A stretch of DNA of 64,000 bases from positions 18,662,001-18,726,000 of the forward strand of contig NC_135901.1 of NCBI RefSeq assembly GCF_964194155.1, given 5' to 3'. The notes under the pieces were generated by a model, which did no database searches, was not told the origin of the DNA, and saw only the letters and a list, made by a program, of their open reading frames with translations. Made by a program: the position numbers and the translations under genes. This document shows positions 23,968 through 37,059 of the stretch, in pieces (within the stretch, counting starts at the first letter, position 1; each line of letters starts with the position of its first letter). This stretch comes from Cetorhinus maximus. Taxonomy: Eukaryota.

Positions 23968-24600
23968 TCACTTGTGAACTTGCAGGTGTGTCAGTATGTG
24001 AGCTAGCTGACTGAATCCCCTCGCATACACTGAACAGGTGAATGGCGTCTCGCCAGTGTGAACTCACTGATGTGTCAGAAGGTTCGATGAATTGGTGAAT
24101 CCCTTCCTGCACAGGGAACAGTTGAACGGCCTCTCTCCAGTGTGAACTCACTGGTGTGACAACAGCTGGGATAACTGAGTGAATCCCCTCCCATAAACAG
24201 AGCACGTATATGGCTTCCCCCAGTGTGAACCCACTGGCGTACCAGTAGCTCGGATGACTGTGTGAATCCCTTTGCACACACACAACAGGGGAATGGTCTC
24301 TCTCCTGTGAAATTGCTGGTGTCTCAACAGAGTGGTTGACTGAGTGAATCCCTTCCCACATACGGAGCAGGTGAATGATTTCTCCTCAGTGTGATTGCAT
24401 CGATGGATTTCCAGCAGCGATGGGTATTTGAATCCTTTTCCACAGTCCCCACATTTATATGGTTTCTCCGTGGTGCTGTTGTCCTTATTTCTCTCCACAT
24501 TGGATGATCAGTTCAAGCCTCGACCACAGAACAGGTGAACAGATTTTCTCTGGTTCCAATGTTGCAATGTCTTTGTCGGCTATGCAATTGGTTTAAACAA
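23968..24600 (-). pseudogene. C2H2 ZNF pseudogene (~6 fingers)
   Basis: Finger ORFs split across frames (24148-24498, 24075-24281) with stops; double leader 24620-24960. Confidence 0.85.
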
Positions 24601-25219
24601 TCTGCCTTTCACATTCAAAGGCCAATGATATTCACACCCCAATTCATCGAGTATCAGATCTTGACGTGATGTTTGGTTTCAGTTTCCCATCTGCAAATCC
24701 TCTGATTCTAACAACCTGATAAAAGAGTTTATAAAAGTCATCACGGTCAATACAGAACAGAAATTCAGAACAGACAATTCTCGTTTGGTGGAATATTTTC
24801 CGCTATCATTCCCCCAAATGACTCTGTCTGATCCTGATGTGACCCTTAGTTTGAGTTCCCTGTCTGCAAATCCTCAGCTTCTAATATCTTGTGAATGGGG
24901 TTTACAAGAGTGACCAGTGTCAGTCCAGGATGTACATTCAGAACAGACAATTCTTGTTCCTATGGAATATTTTTTCTCTCTTTTGTCCCTCCAAAGCTGT
25001 AAATCTCTGTCCCACACACTCTCCCTCCTCCCTGGGCTGAATAAAGTGTTGGATAATTCTTCCTGTATCTTTTTAACAAATTCTACAACTGGAGGTAACT
25101 TCATTCATGATTCGTGACAAAACATTAACCTCAATCACCCTGACGACCAGGCAGAATAACAGACCTTTTCAATTTGTGTCCAGAACTGACTGTGTGGAGA
25201 TTTTCTCAGAGGGGCCTCA

Positions 25220-25350
25220 GTCACCATCACTGAGACTATCTTTATATTCCAGATTGTATTAATTTAATGGATTTAAATCCATGTCCCTAGAACATGACCC
25301 TGGGTGTCTGAATTACTGATCCAGTGACATTCCCACTAGGCCACTGTCTT
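25220..25350 (-). mobile_element. tRNA-derived SINE head
   Basis: Reverse complement shows A-box tggcctagtgg and degenerate B-box ggatttaaatcc, then a body similar to 54460-54490. Confidence 0.6.
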
Positions 25351-25353
25351 CCC

Positions 25354-25880
25354 CTGGTCTCTTTGTTTGAGGTTGTTCCCGGAGAGAAGCCGGAAGCGGC
25401 GGATAGTGAGAGTGGACAATATTCATTGTTTAATATTCGGCTCTGGGGCCGCACTCGGGATTTGTAAACCCCGCCCCCTCGGGGTTTATTAACCCGCTCC
25501 CGACAGTGACCTCTCACCTGACACCTCACAATGCCCGGCTGATTGACGGCAGCTCCGGGCCAAGGATCGAGAGGGGGCGGGACTGGAGGACCGAGCGGGA
25601 GCGAACGAGGGGCGGGGCGCTATCCTCATTCGAGGAGCCCTCGCGCAGGCGTGGTGCGGGTCTGTGACTGGAGCATGCGCAGTACGGGTGCTGGAGCCGA
25701 ATGGAGTGGAACCCTCAGGGGGTGAGAAATGTCCCCGGGCGGGAGAGGAATGGAGCCGGCGGCTGGACCGGGAGGTTTCACAAACTCCTTCAGGAGGATT
25801 CAGACACCCAATAAGAAGCTACCGGGCCCGCGTTTGCACCGAGGGGAGGATTCAGAAACACCCGGTGGAGGCCGCAAACC
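25354..25880. promoter_or_regulatory. Bidirectional CpG promoter between divergent ZNF genes
   Basis: Arm A with minus-strand donor at ~25513-25519; GC boxes ~25574 and ~25608; NRF1-like gcatgcgc 25673; arm B with plus-strand donor g|gtgaga ~25722. Confidence 0.7.
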
Positions 25881-26033
25881 GCCCCCCCCCCCCTTCAACC
25901 AGCTTATATTTCACCCCTCCTATTTTTACTTAGTTCTGTTGAAGGGTCATGAGGACTCGAAACGTCAACTTTGTTCTTCTCCGCCGATGCTGCCAGATCT
26001 GCTGAGTTTTTCCAGGTATTTCTGTTTTTGTTT
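25881..26033 (+). mobile_element. Penelope-like terminal fragment in the ZNF first intron
   Basis: Near-identical to 6410-6550. Confidence 0.8.
25932..25970 (+). ncRNA. Minimal type I hammerhead motif (CUGUUGA variant, GUC cleavage triplet)
   Basis: agtt-CTGTTGA-a-GGGTC-atgag-GACTC-GAAA-CGTC^aact; predicted scissile site after 25966. Confidence 0.6.
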
Positions 26034-26319
26034 AAGATCCTGCAGGTCCCGGGATCGCAGCTCAGGGGGGGATTTTCTCCCTCCCTCTAGGTTCAGTTCA
26101 GCAGCCCCGGGGGATCAGACCGACCCCCAGCTGCTGCCCGGGAGAGAGAGAGAGAGGATTCTTGGGAACCATTCAAGAACTTAAACCCCACAGTCTTCCT
26201 GCACTTTGAAAGGAAATTTTAGAAGCTGGAATGTTTAAATATTTAAATATACTTTATTTTTTATAGACAGCAATGACTTAAATGGTTAGTGTAGCACCTT
26301 CTGCCCAGCTTGGGAAAGA

Positions 26320-27640
26320 AAAACATGGGATGCGACACAAAAACAGGCCATTCGGTCCCAACACTCCCTGCCTGTGTTTATACTCCACTCGAACTTCCTC
26401 CCATCTTTTCTCATCTAAATCTACCATCATTACCATCTATTCCCTTCTTTGTCATATGCTTGTCCAGATTCCTATTAAATTCATCGTGACTATTCACTTT
26501 AACCATTCCCTGTGGCCGTGAATTCCACATTCACACCACTCTTTGGATAAAAAAGTTTCTTCTAAAATCCCTGTTGGATTTCTTGGTGACTATCTTATAT
26601 TAACGGTCTCCGCTTTATTCTGCCCCCATTCTCTCTGTATTGTCTCTGTCAAAACCTTTTGGAAACTGCTGGAAATCCTCAGCTTCTGCAGAGAAACTTT
26701 TCACACTGAGCTTCAGCTGAAACATTAACTCTGTTTCCTTCTCCACCAACGCTGCAGGAACTCACCTGACTTGCTGAGGATTTACAGCATTTTCTCTTTA
26801 TCTTTTGGATTTCCATCATTAGCAGGGTTTTGCTCTTGTTTTATTGCATGTTTTATAGAGATTTGCAAAAGAAAAATTCTTCTGAAGTGGCCACCGCTGG
26901 CAAGGCCCAGGTATCTGCCCTCAATTACTATCCTGTACTGACAGGGATATATTACAATCACCAGCTGCCCTTTGAGGCGGTGATTCTGGCCGCCTTCTTG
27001 AACCTCTGCAGTCCATGTGGTGAAGGGGCTCCCACAATGCCAACAGTTTTAAGATTTTAACCCAGTGACATTGAAGGAACAGTGATATTTATTCAAGTTG
27101 GGATAATGTGCGGTTTTCCATAGCACCAGCTGCTCTGGTTCTTCCAGATGGTGCAGATTGTGGGTTTGAGAGATTCTGTCAAAATCCTGGTTGAGTTGAT
27201 GTATAAAGTCCCTCTCCTTCCCCCTCCTCCCTGACCTCTCCCTCTTCTCTCATAAAGGCTGGAGCCTTATGTAGGCTCAGACCAGATACGAGCGAACATA
27301 CAAATTAGGAGCAGGAGAAGGCCACTCAGCCCGAGTCTATTCTGCCATTCAAACAGATCTATCTATCTCTGCCTTAATGACATTCAAAGGCTCTGTTTCC
27401 ACTTCCTTTTGAAGAAGAGAGTTCCAAAGACTGACTATCCTCTGAAAGAAAAATTTCTCCTCATCCCTGTCTTAAGTGGGTGACCCTTACTTTTAAACAG
27501 TGACCCCTAGTTCTCCAGCCTCGCCTGTCCAATCTTTCCTCATGAGACAACCTGCCCATTCCCAGTATGAGTTTAGTAAACCTTCTCTGAACTGTTTCTA
27601 ATGCAATTAGATACTTCCTTAAATAAGGAGACCAATGCGT
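26320..27640 (-). mobile_element. Mixed decayed LINE 3' fragments (CR1 26320-26600 and 27290-27640; FADDCT-type 26880-27200) and a Penelope relic at 26690-26830
   Basis: CR1 tail motifs; WSPYLRK...ETVQRRFTK in ORF 27461-27649. Confidence 0.65.
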
Positions 27641-27955
27641 GTGTTCCATTCTGTGAAGGATATTAATGAACCAGTTGGGTTTTTACGACAATCCAGCAGT
27701 TTTCATGGCCACTTCTTCCTGGTGTCAGCCCCACAAATTACCAGATTCATTCAGCTCAATTTCACAACCTGCCTTTGTGTTGTTGTGGCTTCTCTCTCTC
27801 ATTCTATTTGATTGAAATAGAAAATCTTCTATTTTCAATTCATTTTCCAGATATTAGAAGAGGAGGAATTGCAGACAATATCAAACCAAGCATCGCATCA
27901 AGATGTGACAGAGTCACTCGATACATCAAGATCTGAATATCATCAGCCTTTGAAC

Positions 27956-29161
27956 ATGGAAGAAAGAAGCACCGTTCACAGTGGGGAGAAACCGTATATG
28001 TGTCCCGTGTGTGGACAAGGCTTCAGCCGATCACCTGGCCTGACAAGACACAAGCGCATTCACACCGGGGAGAAACCGTATAAATGTGGGGACTGCGGGA
28101 AGGGATTCAATTATCCAGTTGAGCTGGAAAGTCATCGACGCACTCACACTGGAGAGAGACCTTTCACCTGCCCCATGTGTGGGAAGGGATTCACCCAATC
28201 AGCTGGCCTGTTCATTCACCAGCGCATTCACACCAGGGAGAGGCAGTTCACCTGCTCCGAATGTGGAAAGGGATTTACTCAGTCATCAGCCCTGCTGATA
28301 CATCGGCACATTCACACAGGGGAGAGGCCGTTCACCTGCCCCGTGTGTGGGAAGGGAAGCACTGATTTCTCTGCCCTGCAGAGACACCAGCGAGTTCACA
28401 CTGACAAGAGAGAGTTTAAATGCTCTGAATGTGAGAAGAGCTTTAAAAGTCCACGCACACTGAGGGAGCACCAGTACCTTCACACTGGTTCCACACCGTT
28501 CAGCTGCTCTCACTGTGGGAAGGGGTTCAGGACGTCCTTCCACCTTGTGGCACATGAGCGCATTCACACTGGGGAGAGGCCATTCACCTGCTCTGAATGT
28601 GGGAAGGGATTTAATCGATCATCCAATATGCAGAAACACCAACGCGTTCACAGTGAGGAGAGACCTTTCTCGTGCCCAGACTGTGGGAAGTGTTATAAAA
28701 GTTCTGAGGAACTGCGGCGCCATCAACGTGTTCACTCTGATGAGAGACCGTTCACGTGTCCTCACTGCGGGACTGGGTTCAAGCGATCAGGCGACCTCAC
28801 TGTACACCAGCGAGTTCACACTGGGGAGAGGCCGTTCACCTGCACAGAGTGTGGGAGGGGATTCACTTGTTTATCCCATCTCGCTTCACACCAATTTGTT
28901 CACACAGATAAGAGACCTTTTCAATGTTCTAACTGTGAGAAAAGCTTCAAAAACAGAAAAAATCTGTTCACTCACCAGCGTAATCACTCTGGGGAAAGAC
29001 CATTCAGCTGCACTGAGTGTGGGAAGGGATTCACTCGCTCATCCACCCTGCTGAGGCACCAGCACATCCACAGTGGGGAGAAGCCCTTCACTTGTTCCAT
29101 GTGTGGGAAGGGATTCACCCAGCTATCCAACCTGCTGAGACACCAGCAAGTTCACCGGTGA
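27956..29161 (+). CDS. C2H2 zinc-finger protein, 14 fingers, no KRAB
   Basis: First ATG 27956 (MEERS...); ORF is open upstream through the leader to at least 27869; acceptor attttccag| at 27850; AATAAA 29370-29375. Confidence 0.92.
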   Translation: MEERSTVHSGEKPYMCPVCGQGFSRSPGLTRHKRIHTGEKPYKCGDCGKGFNYPVELESHRRTHTGERPFTCPMCGKGFTQSAGLFIHQRIHTRERQFTCSECGKGFTQSSALLIHRHIHTGERPFTCPVCGKGSTDFSALQRHQRVHTDKREFKCSECEKSFKSPRTLREHQYLHTGSTPFSCSHCGKGFRTSFHLVAHERIHTGERPFTCSECGKGFNRSSNMQKHQRVHSEERPFSCPDCGKCYKSSEELRRHQRVHSDERPFTCPHCGTGFKRSGDLTVHQRVHTGERPFTCTECGRGFTCLSHLASHQFVHTDKRPFQCSNCEKSFKNRKNLFTHQRNHSGERPFSCTECGKGFTRSSTLLRHQHIHSGEKPFTCSMCGKGFTQLSNLLRHQQVHR

Positions 29162-29874
29162 TCACAGGGGTGGGATTCTGCTGTTAATCACATCCAGGGC
29201 TGAACCAAGTTCATTCTGACAGCCGGAGTTCATTTCATATTTAAATTGCCCGATTGGATTTTGTGTGTGCCCCACAACCTCTCTCATACATGTGTGAAAA
29301 GACCTTTACACCTGCAAACCTTGTCTTAAATGTAAATCACTCAGAAACTGTATTGAACTAAAGATGAACAATAAACAGATCACAGTCCAATCCTGCAGCT
29401 CTACATTGACAGGAGAAAGTCTGTTCTGTAACTCGAGGATAAGGCTTGGTAAGCTCTGAATGTTTGTAATTACAAGTAGGCTTGAGCTATTTGAGAGATG
29501 GGCTGTTCAAAGCTGTTAACTTGTCAGATATTGAAGGAATTACTCTGAAAGTAAACTCACCAATTGATAACCTGACTCTGCTCCCTACTGTAATTAATAC
29601 TCAGCATCCATTCGTGCTGATTTGCAGTGAATCACTGAATATCCTGTGGAGTCTTTGTTCCTTGTTTTGTGAAATAGCTCTCCCCATTAGTGCTGAACTG
29701 CTGGATAACTCTGATTACATTTAGACACGTCTAGAAAGGATCTGTGTGCCCACATTTCACTGTGATTTGGAAACAATAAACAATGTTCATGGCCTGACTT
29801 GTGGTCTGGTATCCGGGTGATTTGTGAAGAAAGATTTAATTCACTCACTCAGCAGCTTGAGGGGAACCAAACTG

Positions 29875-31150
29875 ACAAATGAACATAAGAAATAGGAGCA
29901 GGAATAGGCCATTCGGCCCATCGATTCGGCTTCGTCATTCAAAAAGATCGTGGCTGATCACCTACTTCAACTCCACCTTCCTGCCCTCACCCCATATCCC
30001 TTCAATTCTCTTTGTACCCAAAAAACTATTGATCTTTGTCTTAATTACACTCAGCGGCTGAACATCCAAAGCTCCCTGGGATAAAGAATTCCAAAGATTC
30101 ACAGCCTTCGAGTGAAGAAATTCCTCCTCATCTCAGTCCTAAATGTTTGACCTCTTATTCTGAGACTGTTCTACATTGCCCCAGGTAGGGAATCATTTTC
30201 ACAGCATCTAACTGTCAGGCCCCTTAAGAATCACATGTCCCAACAAAATCACCTCGCATTTTTCTAAACTCTATGAAATTTGGGCCTGGTCTGATTTGAT
30301 AAGGATCCTGTTACCATGTCCCTAATAATACATTCAAGTGTTTTGCCTACAACTAATGTTAGGCTAACTAGCCTAAAGTTCCCTGTTTTCTCTCTTCCTA
30401 CTTTCTAGAATAGTGAGGTTATGTTTGCTACCTTCCAATCCTTGGGAACTGTTCTAGAATTTGAGAAATCCTGGAAGATCAAAAACAATGCATCCACTAT
30501 TTCTGCTGCTCCCTCTCTTAAATCCCGAGGATGCAGGTCACCTGGTCCAGGGGACTTGTCACAGCTTATTCCCATTAATTTCTCCAGTGCTATTTCTTTA
30601 AGTTCTTCCTTCTCAGTAGACAAGGGGGTCTGTAACCTGTGCCTCCAAAGCTAGTGCAGCTCACTAAGTACTCATGCAGCAACCATTCTTCATCGATCAA
30701 ACCCATTTTGATGGTAATTAAATGGTTTGATCCATTTTTAAAAACTTTTAGTTACATTGTACTTGTTAGAAAGTATCATTCAATTAACAACTTTTCAGTA
30801 ACAATCCATAAAATGTTGTTGAAACTTGTCTCTGTCTGGTTTTCAATTATTACTGACATCTGATTAACAGCATTGTGGCTCTTCGGATATTGTACTTTTG
30901 TCCAATTTTTTAAAAATGGCTCTTCCTTCTATCCAGGTTGCTGACCCGTGCACTGACCCCTCAGTTCCCCATCACCAGAATTTTTTCTGTCTTCTACCAT
31001 GAAGAGAGATACAAAGTATTTGTTTCATGTCTCTGCCATTTCTTTAGTCCCCATTATAATTTCCCCTGCATCTGCCTCTAATGGGGGCATGTTTACTTTC
31101 ACTCATCTCCTCCTATTTACATACCTACAGAAGCATTTATAATCTGTTTT
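29875..31150 (-). mobile_element. CR1 LINE fragments
   Basis: Tail ~29880; DKSPGPGDLHPR..DWKVANIT in ORF 30405-30623. Confidence 0.75.
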
Positions 31151-31245
31151 TTAACTTTTTGGAGTCAAGATTCATATTCTCCATTCACATTTAACCAAGA
31201 CTGTTGGTTCTCAAGCCTATGGTCTCGACCACTGCTAACACCAGT

Positions 31246-31804
31246 TGTAAGATTTAGGTCCGGGAGTCTCAGATAACCCCAAAAGGGGGTCCAGCTCAGA
31301 AGTGATTTTAAAGTAGTTTATTGAGAAGCAGAGTTGTAATATGATGCAGGAGTTAAATCGACAGGAAAAGCATATGAGCCGCGACAGATGAGAACGGTTT
31401 ACCGGTCCCAGAAGATAAACAGACGGATAATGCAGAGCGAACGTCAGTCTCCGTAGCTGGTGGTGGCAGTCTCCTCTGAATGGCCAGAGTGTGGGTGTCG
31501 GGGTGAAGCCAGTATGGATCACTTAGAAATCTTTTTTTGGTCTTGAGAACCTGTTTTAACCTTTACACAGGCAGTTGGTTTACGTATAGGTCACGCGATC
31601 CAATCGTATCAGGGTGAGAAATGTCTTGTTTCAGGGCCCGTGCTAGAGACATGACCTCAGCAGAGATAATAGGCCTGTCCTGTGTTGTTAGCCAGCAAGC
31701 TGCTATGGAAGCTTTCTTCATGAGAGAAAGAGAGTGAGCTATTTTTATAATATTCCATAAATTTCTGAAGATTTTCTAAGGTTATTAGACGGCAATTTCT
31801 TACA
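31246..31804 (-). mobile_element. Candidate solo LTR
   Basis: TGTAAGA...TCTTACA termini, 559 bp, minus-strand AATAAA ~31317; no matching TSD seen. Confidence 0.4.
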
Positions 31805-32185
31805 ATCTGCTACTTGGCTTGTTACTTTGACTTGTACCAGATGGGAGGGGTAACATTTGGGGACTCTCGATTCTCCACCAAATCCCATTCCCCTTCTTTC
31901 TGGTGGATAATGGAGGTGTCACTGTTTGTAATATGCAAGTCAGTAAGAATTGTCAACAAGGATTAATCAGCACTTTCTAATCAGAAATGTTATCAGTGGA
32001 CCTTTCAGACACTGAATTGTAGAGTTCGTACCAAAGATTAATTTAGGATTGAAGTAAAAGTTCATGATCTTGTAAACTAATTTCTGAAGAGAGTTCCTGA
32101 ATTATGGGGAAGGATCACAGACAGTGGTTCTTAAAGGGACACTGCAGCCCTGAAAACACAATCAGCTATAGATCCAGAATATTAA

Positions 32186-32996
<811 letters not shown>

Positions 32997-33039
32997 AACT
33001 CCAGCATAGTTACATGAGTGACTGTCAGATCTTGACATG

Positions 33040-33174
33040 ATAAAAGCAAAAAACTGTGGATGCTGGAAATCCAAAACAAAAATAAAAATACCTGGAAAAA
33101 CTCAGCAGGTCCGACAGCATCTGCGGAGAGGAACACAGTTAACGTTTCGAGTCCGTATGACTCTTCATCAGAAC
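33040..33174 (-). mobile_element. Short Penelope-type unit inserted in a ZNF leader
   Basis: Matches 15212-15314; splits the leader cttgacatgat|atgtttg. Confidence 0.75.
33137..33174 (-). ncRNA. Minimal type I hammerhead motif, canonical core
   Basis: Reverse complement: gtt-CTGATGA-a-GAGTC-atacg-GACTC-GAAA-CGTT-aact; perfect stem II. Confidence 0.65.
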
Positions 33175-33299
33175 ATGTTTGTTTTGACTTTCCCGTCTGG
33201 AACTCCTCCCCTCCTAACCCCCTGTAAAGGAGTTTACAGAAGTTATCACTGTTAGACCAGGATTGAAATTCAGAACATTCCCTCTTCCAGATCCAGGAT

Positions 33300-33810
33300 C
33301 TCCGCGCATGCGCACTGCTGTACAGTGTCCCGTATGATTGTGGTCGCGCACGCGCGCCGCTCCTCATTGCTCCTATAAAAATAGCGACCACCACCTGGGC
33401 CTGATCTCAGCCGCGCAGCTATAAGCACGGGCTCGTTAACTACTCATTCAGGGTTTGTCGCTTCCATGGGGTTCTTATGAAGTCTTTCAGATCACCCCAC
33501 CGGCTCTACTGCTCCCTGTTTACTCAGCGGCTCCATTACCCATGCTCGTGGTCATTTCTCAACCGCTCAGTCCAGCTCCACCAATGCACCTGCCCCAGTC
33601 ACAGCCCGCATGCTCGTCACAGATCGTAGGGCGCATGCTCCAATCACAGTTGAGCATTGCCCCTGCGCAAAGAGCTCCTGATCTGCTGATAGGGCACATT
33701 CTGCAACGCGGGGAATGCTGGGTTAGCGCCCCGCCATATGTTGATCGAAAATTATGTTTTCTGGTCCGATTTCGATTGGAGCCATAAGGACAAGATATAA
33801 AATCACAAAT
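33300..33810 (-). promoter_or_regulatory. Arm-B CpG promoter module
   Basis: gcgcatgcgc 33304; colinear with 6890-7320. Confidence 0.6.
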
Positions 33811-33859
33811 ACGGCAATCAAAGTGCACGGGCTCTCCACCATAGTTCTGTGCTGAGTGT

Positions 33860-34170
33860 GATTGAACGGGTCAAGAACGAGAGGGCACAGTTTTAAAGTA
33901 ATTGGTAAATGAAGCAAAAGTGATATGAGGAAAAACCTTTCTCATGCAGCGAGTAGTTAGGGCCTGGATTGCACTGCCTGAGAATGTGGTGGATGCAGGT
34001 TCAATCTAGGCATTCAAAAGGGAATTAGACTGTTATCTGAAAAGAAAGAATGTGCAGGGTTACATAGAGAAGGAGGGGGTGAGGCACTAGGTCATTTGCT
34101 CATTGGGAGAACTGGTGCAGACACGATAGGCCAAATTGCCTCCTTCATCACCAAAACAATTCTGTGAACA
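33860..34170 (+). mobile_element. CR1 3' fragment
   Basis: RTRGH-like segment and CR1 tail. Confidence 0.7.
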
Positions 34171-34174
34171 GCAG

Positions 34175-34530
34175 AACAAACCCCTACAATCAGATGTGAA
34201 CTCACTGGAGTCTCAGCAGGTGGAGTGAACAAATATTTGTTTCTACCATATACAGAACAGTTCAACTGCCCTTCGCCAATAAGAAGTCATCAATTGTGAA
34301 TCAAATTCTTCAAACATCTAAGGTTGGAATGTTAACATATGGGGAAACTCAGTAAATTCCTTCACACACGTGTGGAACCTGAATGGTCTCCCTGCTGTGT
34401 CGACTGCACTCTAAGTAACTGGATTCACCGAATAAATCCCTTTCCAATTTCAGCTGGTGAACGATCTTTTCATGGTGGGAATTGACCTGTTAGTTTCCAG
34501 CTCACATGGAAATCTCAAACACTTCTGGTA
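34175..34530 (-). pseudogene. Heavily decayed C2H2 ZNF relic
   Basis: Residual gtgaactcactgg..cagcagg, gaataaatccctttcc, ggtgaacg and tttccagctc segments at ~84-bp spacing. Confidence 0.55.
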
Positions 34531-34869
34531 ATGAGCTCCACATTCTCAGCATTCCCCAGTTAAAGAAAAGCAAAATGATGTAGATTCTTGGAATCTGAAT
34601 TAAAATCCCAAAATGGTGGAAATATGATAATAATTATAAGTTAGTCAGCAATAAATCGAATATGCAATTCGGGAGCAACTTCTTTCCCTGGAGGTTAAAG
34701 CACAAAATGCTGAGCATATCTGGCAGCATCTGTAGTTTTAGAAATGGAGTTAATGTTTCAGGTCATTTCTGATAACATTTCTGATAAAAGATCATAGACG
34801 TGAAGTGTAAACTATTTCCTTAGGAGAGAGGTAAGTGACTGGTGGGGGGGTGGGAGGGGGGTTGTAAGG

Positions 34870-36140
34870 CATAGATTTAAAGTGATTGTTACAATGATTA
34901 GAGATTTGGGGGGTGGGGGGAATCAGCCAGAGGCTGCAAGGGGTCTGGAACTCCCTGTCTGAAGGGGAAGGAGAGGCAGAAACCAGGGGGTCTGGATATG
35001 CAACTGAAGTCCCTTACCCTCCAGGGCTATGAACCAAGTGCTGGAAAATGAAATTGGGCTGGGTGACTCGTTTTCCATCTGGCACAGACACGGTGGGCCG
35101 GGTGGCCTCCTTCTGTGCCACAAACATTTCTACAATTTCTGAATTTTCTAAACACCTGAAAGGCAGGGATGTGGGGAGAGGGTGGGGGAGTGGCAGGACG
35201 TGAATTACTCATTAGGAGAGCCAGCATAGACACGATGGGCCAAATGGCCTTCTTCTGTGCTGTCAAGATTCTATGATTTAAAGATAGAAGTATTTACGGG
35301 CCAGGAGGAGACCATTCCATCCATAGTGTCCATGCCAGCAGTAACAGAACAATCTGGTCTAATCCCACGTTTTAGCTCTTCTGAAGGTTGTGGTGCCTCA
35401 GATGTTTTTCCAAGTGTTCCTTTCTTTAATTCAAAGGGGGATTTTGCCTCCACCACCACCAGCTCAAGCAGTGATTCCCAGGTCCCCACCCCCGTCCACC
35501 CCGTGAGAAATAAATTATTCCACAACTCTGCTCTAATCCATCCACCAATTAGGATAATTTGGATTGTTTAGTCAACCGTGGGTCAGACACTCTCACCTCT
35601 AAATCAGAACGTTAAGAGTTAAAAATCCGATTCAGGATGTGAGCACAGCAATCTGGACTGGCAGAATACTGAGAGAGTGCGGCACCATTGGAGGTGCTGC
35701 CATTTGGATAAGATGTTAAGATGAGGCCCCCTCTGCTATTTAAGATGGATGTAAAAGATCACTATTTTGACAATGAACAGGGTTCTGCGCCCAGGCCAAT
35801 ATTTATTCCTCAACCAACAGCACAAGAACAGATGATTTGGTCATTATTATGTTGCTGCTTTTGAGAATTTACTGTGTTTCCTACTTTATAACAAGTACTT
35901 CACTGACTGTAAAGTATTTCGGGATTCCAGGGGTGGTGGAAGGAGCTACATAAATGTGAGAATTTCTTTCTTCCTAAATCTAAGCCCCTGGTTATTGATC
36001 TCATTGCTCACGGAAATAAGTTCTCCCTATCCACTGTATCTAGGTCCCTCACAATTTTAATGCACCACAATTAAATTTCCCCTGAGACTTCCCTGTTCCA
36101 AAGAATACAAACCCATTGTATCCAATCCTTCCTCCTCGCT
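34870..36140. mobile_element. CR1 tail fragments on both strands
   Basis: Tails at ~35140 and ~35280 (+); 35290-35540 and 35975-36140 (-). Confidence 0.6.
35570..35970 (+). mobile_element. Deu-domain SINE
   Basis: gtaaaagatc...ggccaatatttattcctcaaccaac...; similar to 12925-13350. Confidence 0.7.
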
Positions 36141-37059
36141 CATTTTGATGTGAATAATGTTCAAGGGGGGCTTCCGAATCCTGTCCCCAATCTGATGTAT
36201 CAGATCATTCTCTCTGGATCAGGTTTAATGTTCACCAGCTGCTGTTCGTCCCCCAGGAAGTGGCCATTCTAATTCTGTGACTCAGAGTAGTTTTGTTGAT
36301 ATAGGGGCTTGACTGGAACTTCTTGTTTTAAAGTTTCATCATTCATTATACATATTTGGCCTCAGCTACAAACTTGTGTCTTGTGCTTCCAGTGAAACAG
36401 AGGAGGGTTTTCACTCATAAAGCAGAAATATTGATATTAACAAAAGCGTGCAAGAAAAAAATTCAGTTTCAGAGTAATGTTACTGCCACAGAAATGGAGA
36501 GCTGGGCTTCACGCATTAAAGCAGCAAAGTTTTGCTTTACTGGTTGAACTGGCCGGACATGCAGTAATTGTACATCCAAATCTTTTATTAGAGCAAGGCA
36601 AGCAGTGGTTTCCACTGGTGACTCAGTTTTCTCTGAATGCAACGGTGGAAAGGAAATCAACCAACAAATGTCCAGTGCTTCCTGCTCAATCATCGATAAC
36701 ATCATTCACAACTTACACTTCTTGCTGCACATCCTTCCAGATATTGTGATCCATTTTTTCTCAGGTTTTGTTCCTGGATTTAATATTGACCTGCTTTGTG
36801 ACCTCATTTTGAAATCAGATTCGCTTCAATCTCCAACACAAACTGAATTGCAAACCTGATGGACAAACAATGGCAAATGAGTCAGTCGGTAACACAAATC
36901 CCGTGGTGCTCATTTTCAGATTCACCACATTCTGCTCTTAAATAAAAGGAAGGAATATTGCAGTGAAAAGATTTAGAAAGTTGCTGTTGTTTTATTTGTG
37001 ACCCACTCACTCCGGTATTCCTCTGGGGAATGTAGCCACGCTCATGGCACTTTGAGTGG

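Noticed and set aside
25270-25350. tRNA gene
   Set aside because: Only degenerate A/B boxes continuing into a SINE body; no cloverleaf
28086-29054. Overlapping alternative-frame ORFs in the ZNF genes (MWEGIHSVI.., TLGRGHSPA..)
   Set aside because: Expected shadow frames of repetitive C2H2 codons; no independent evidence
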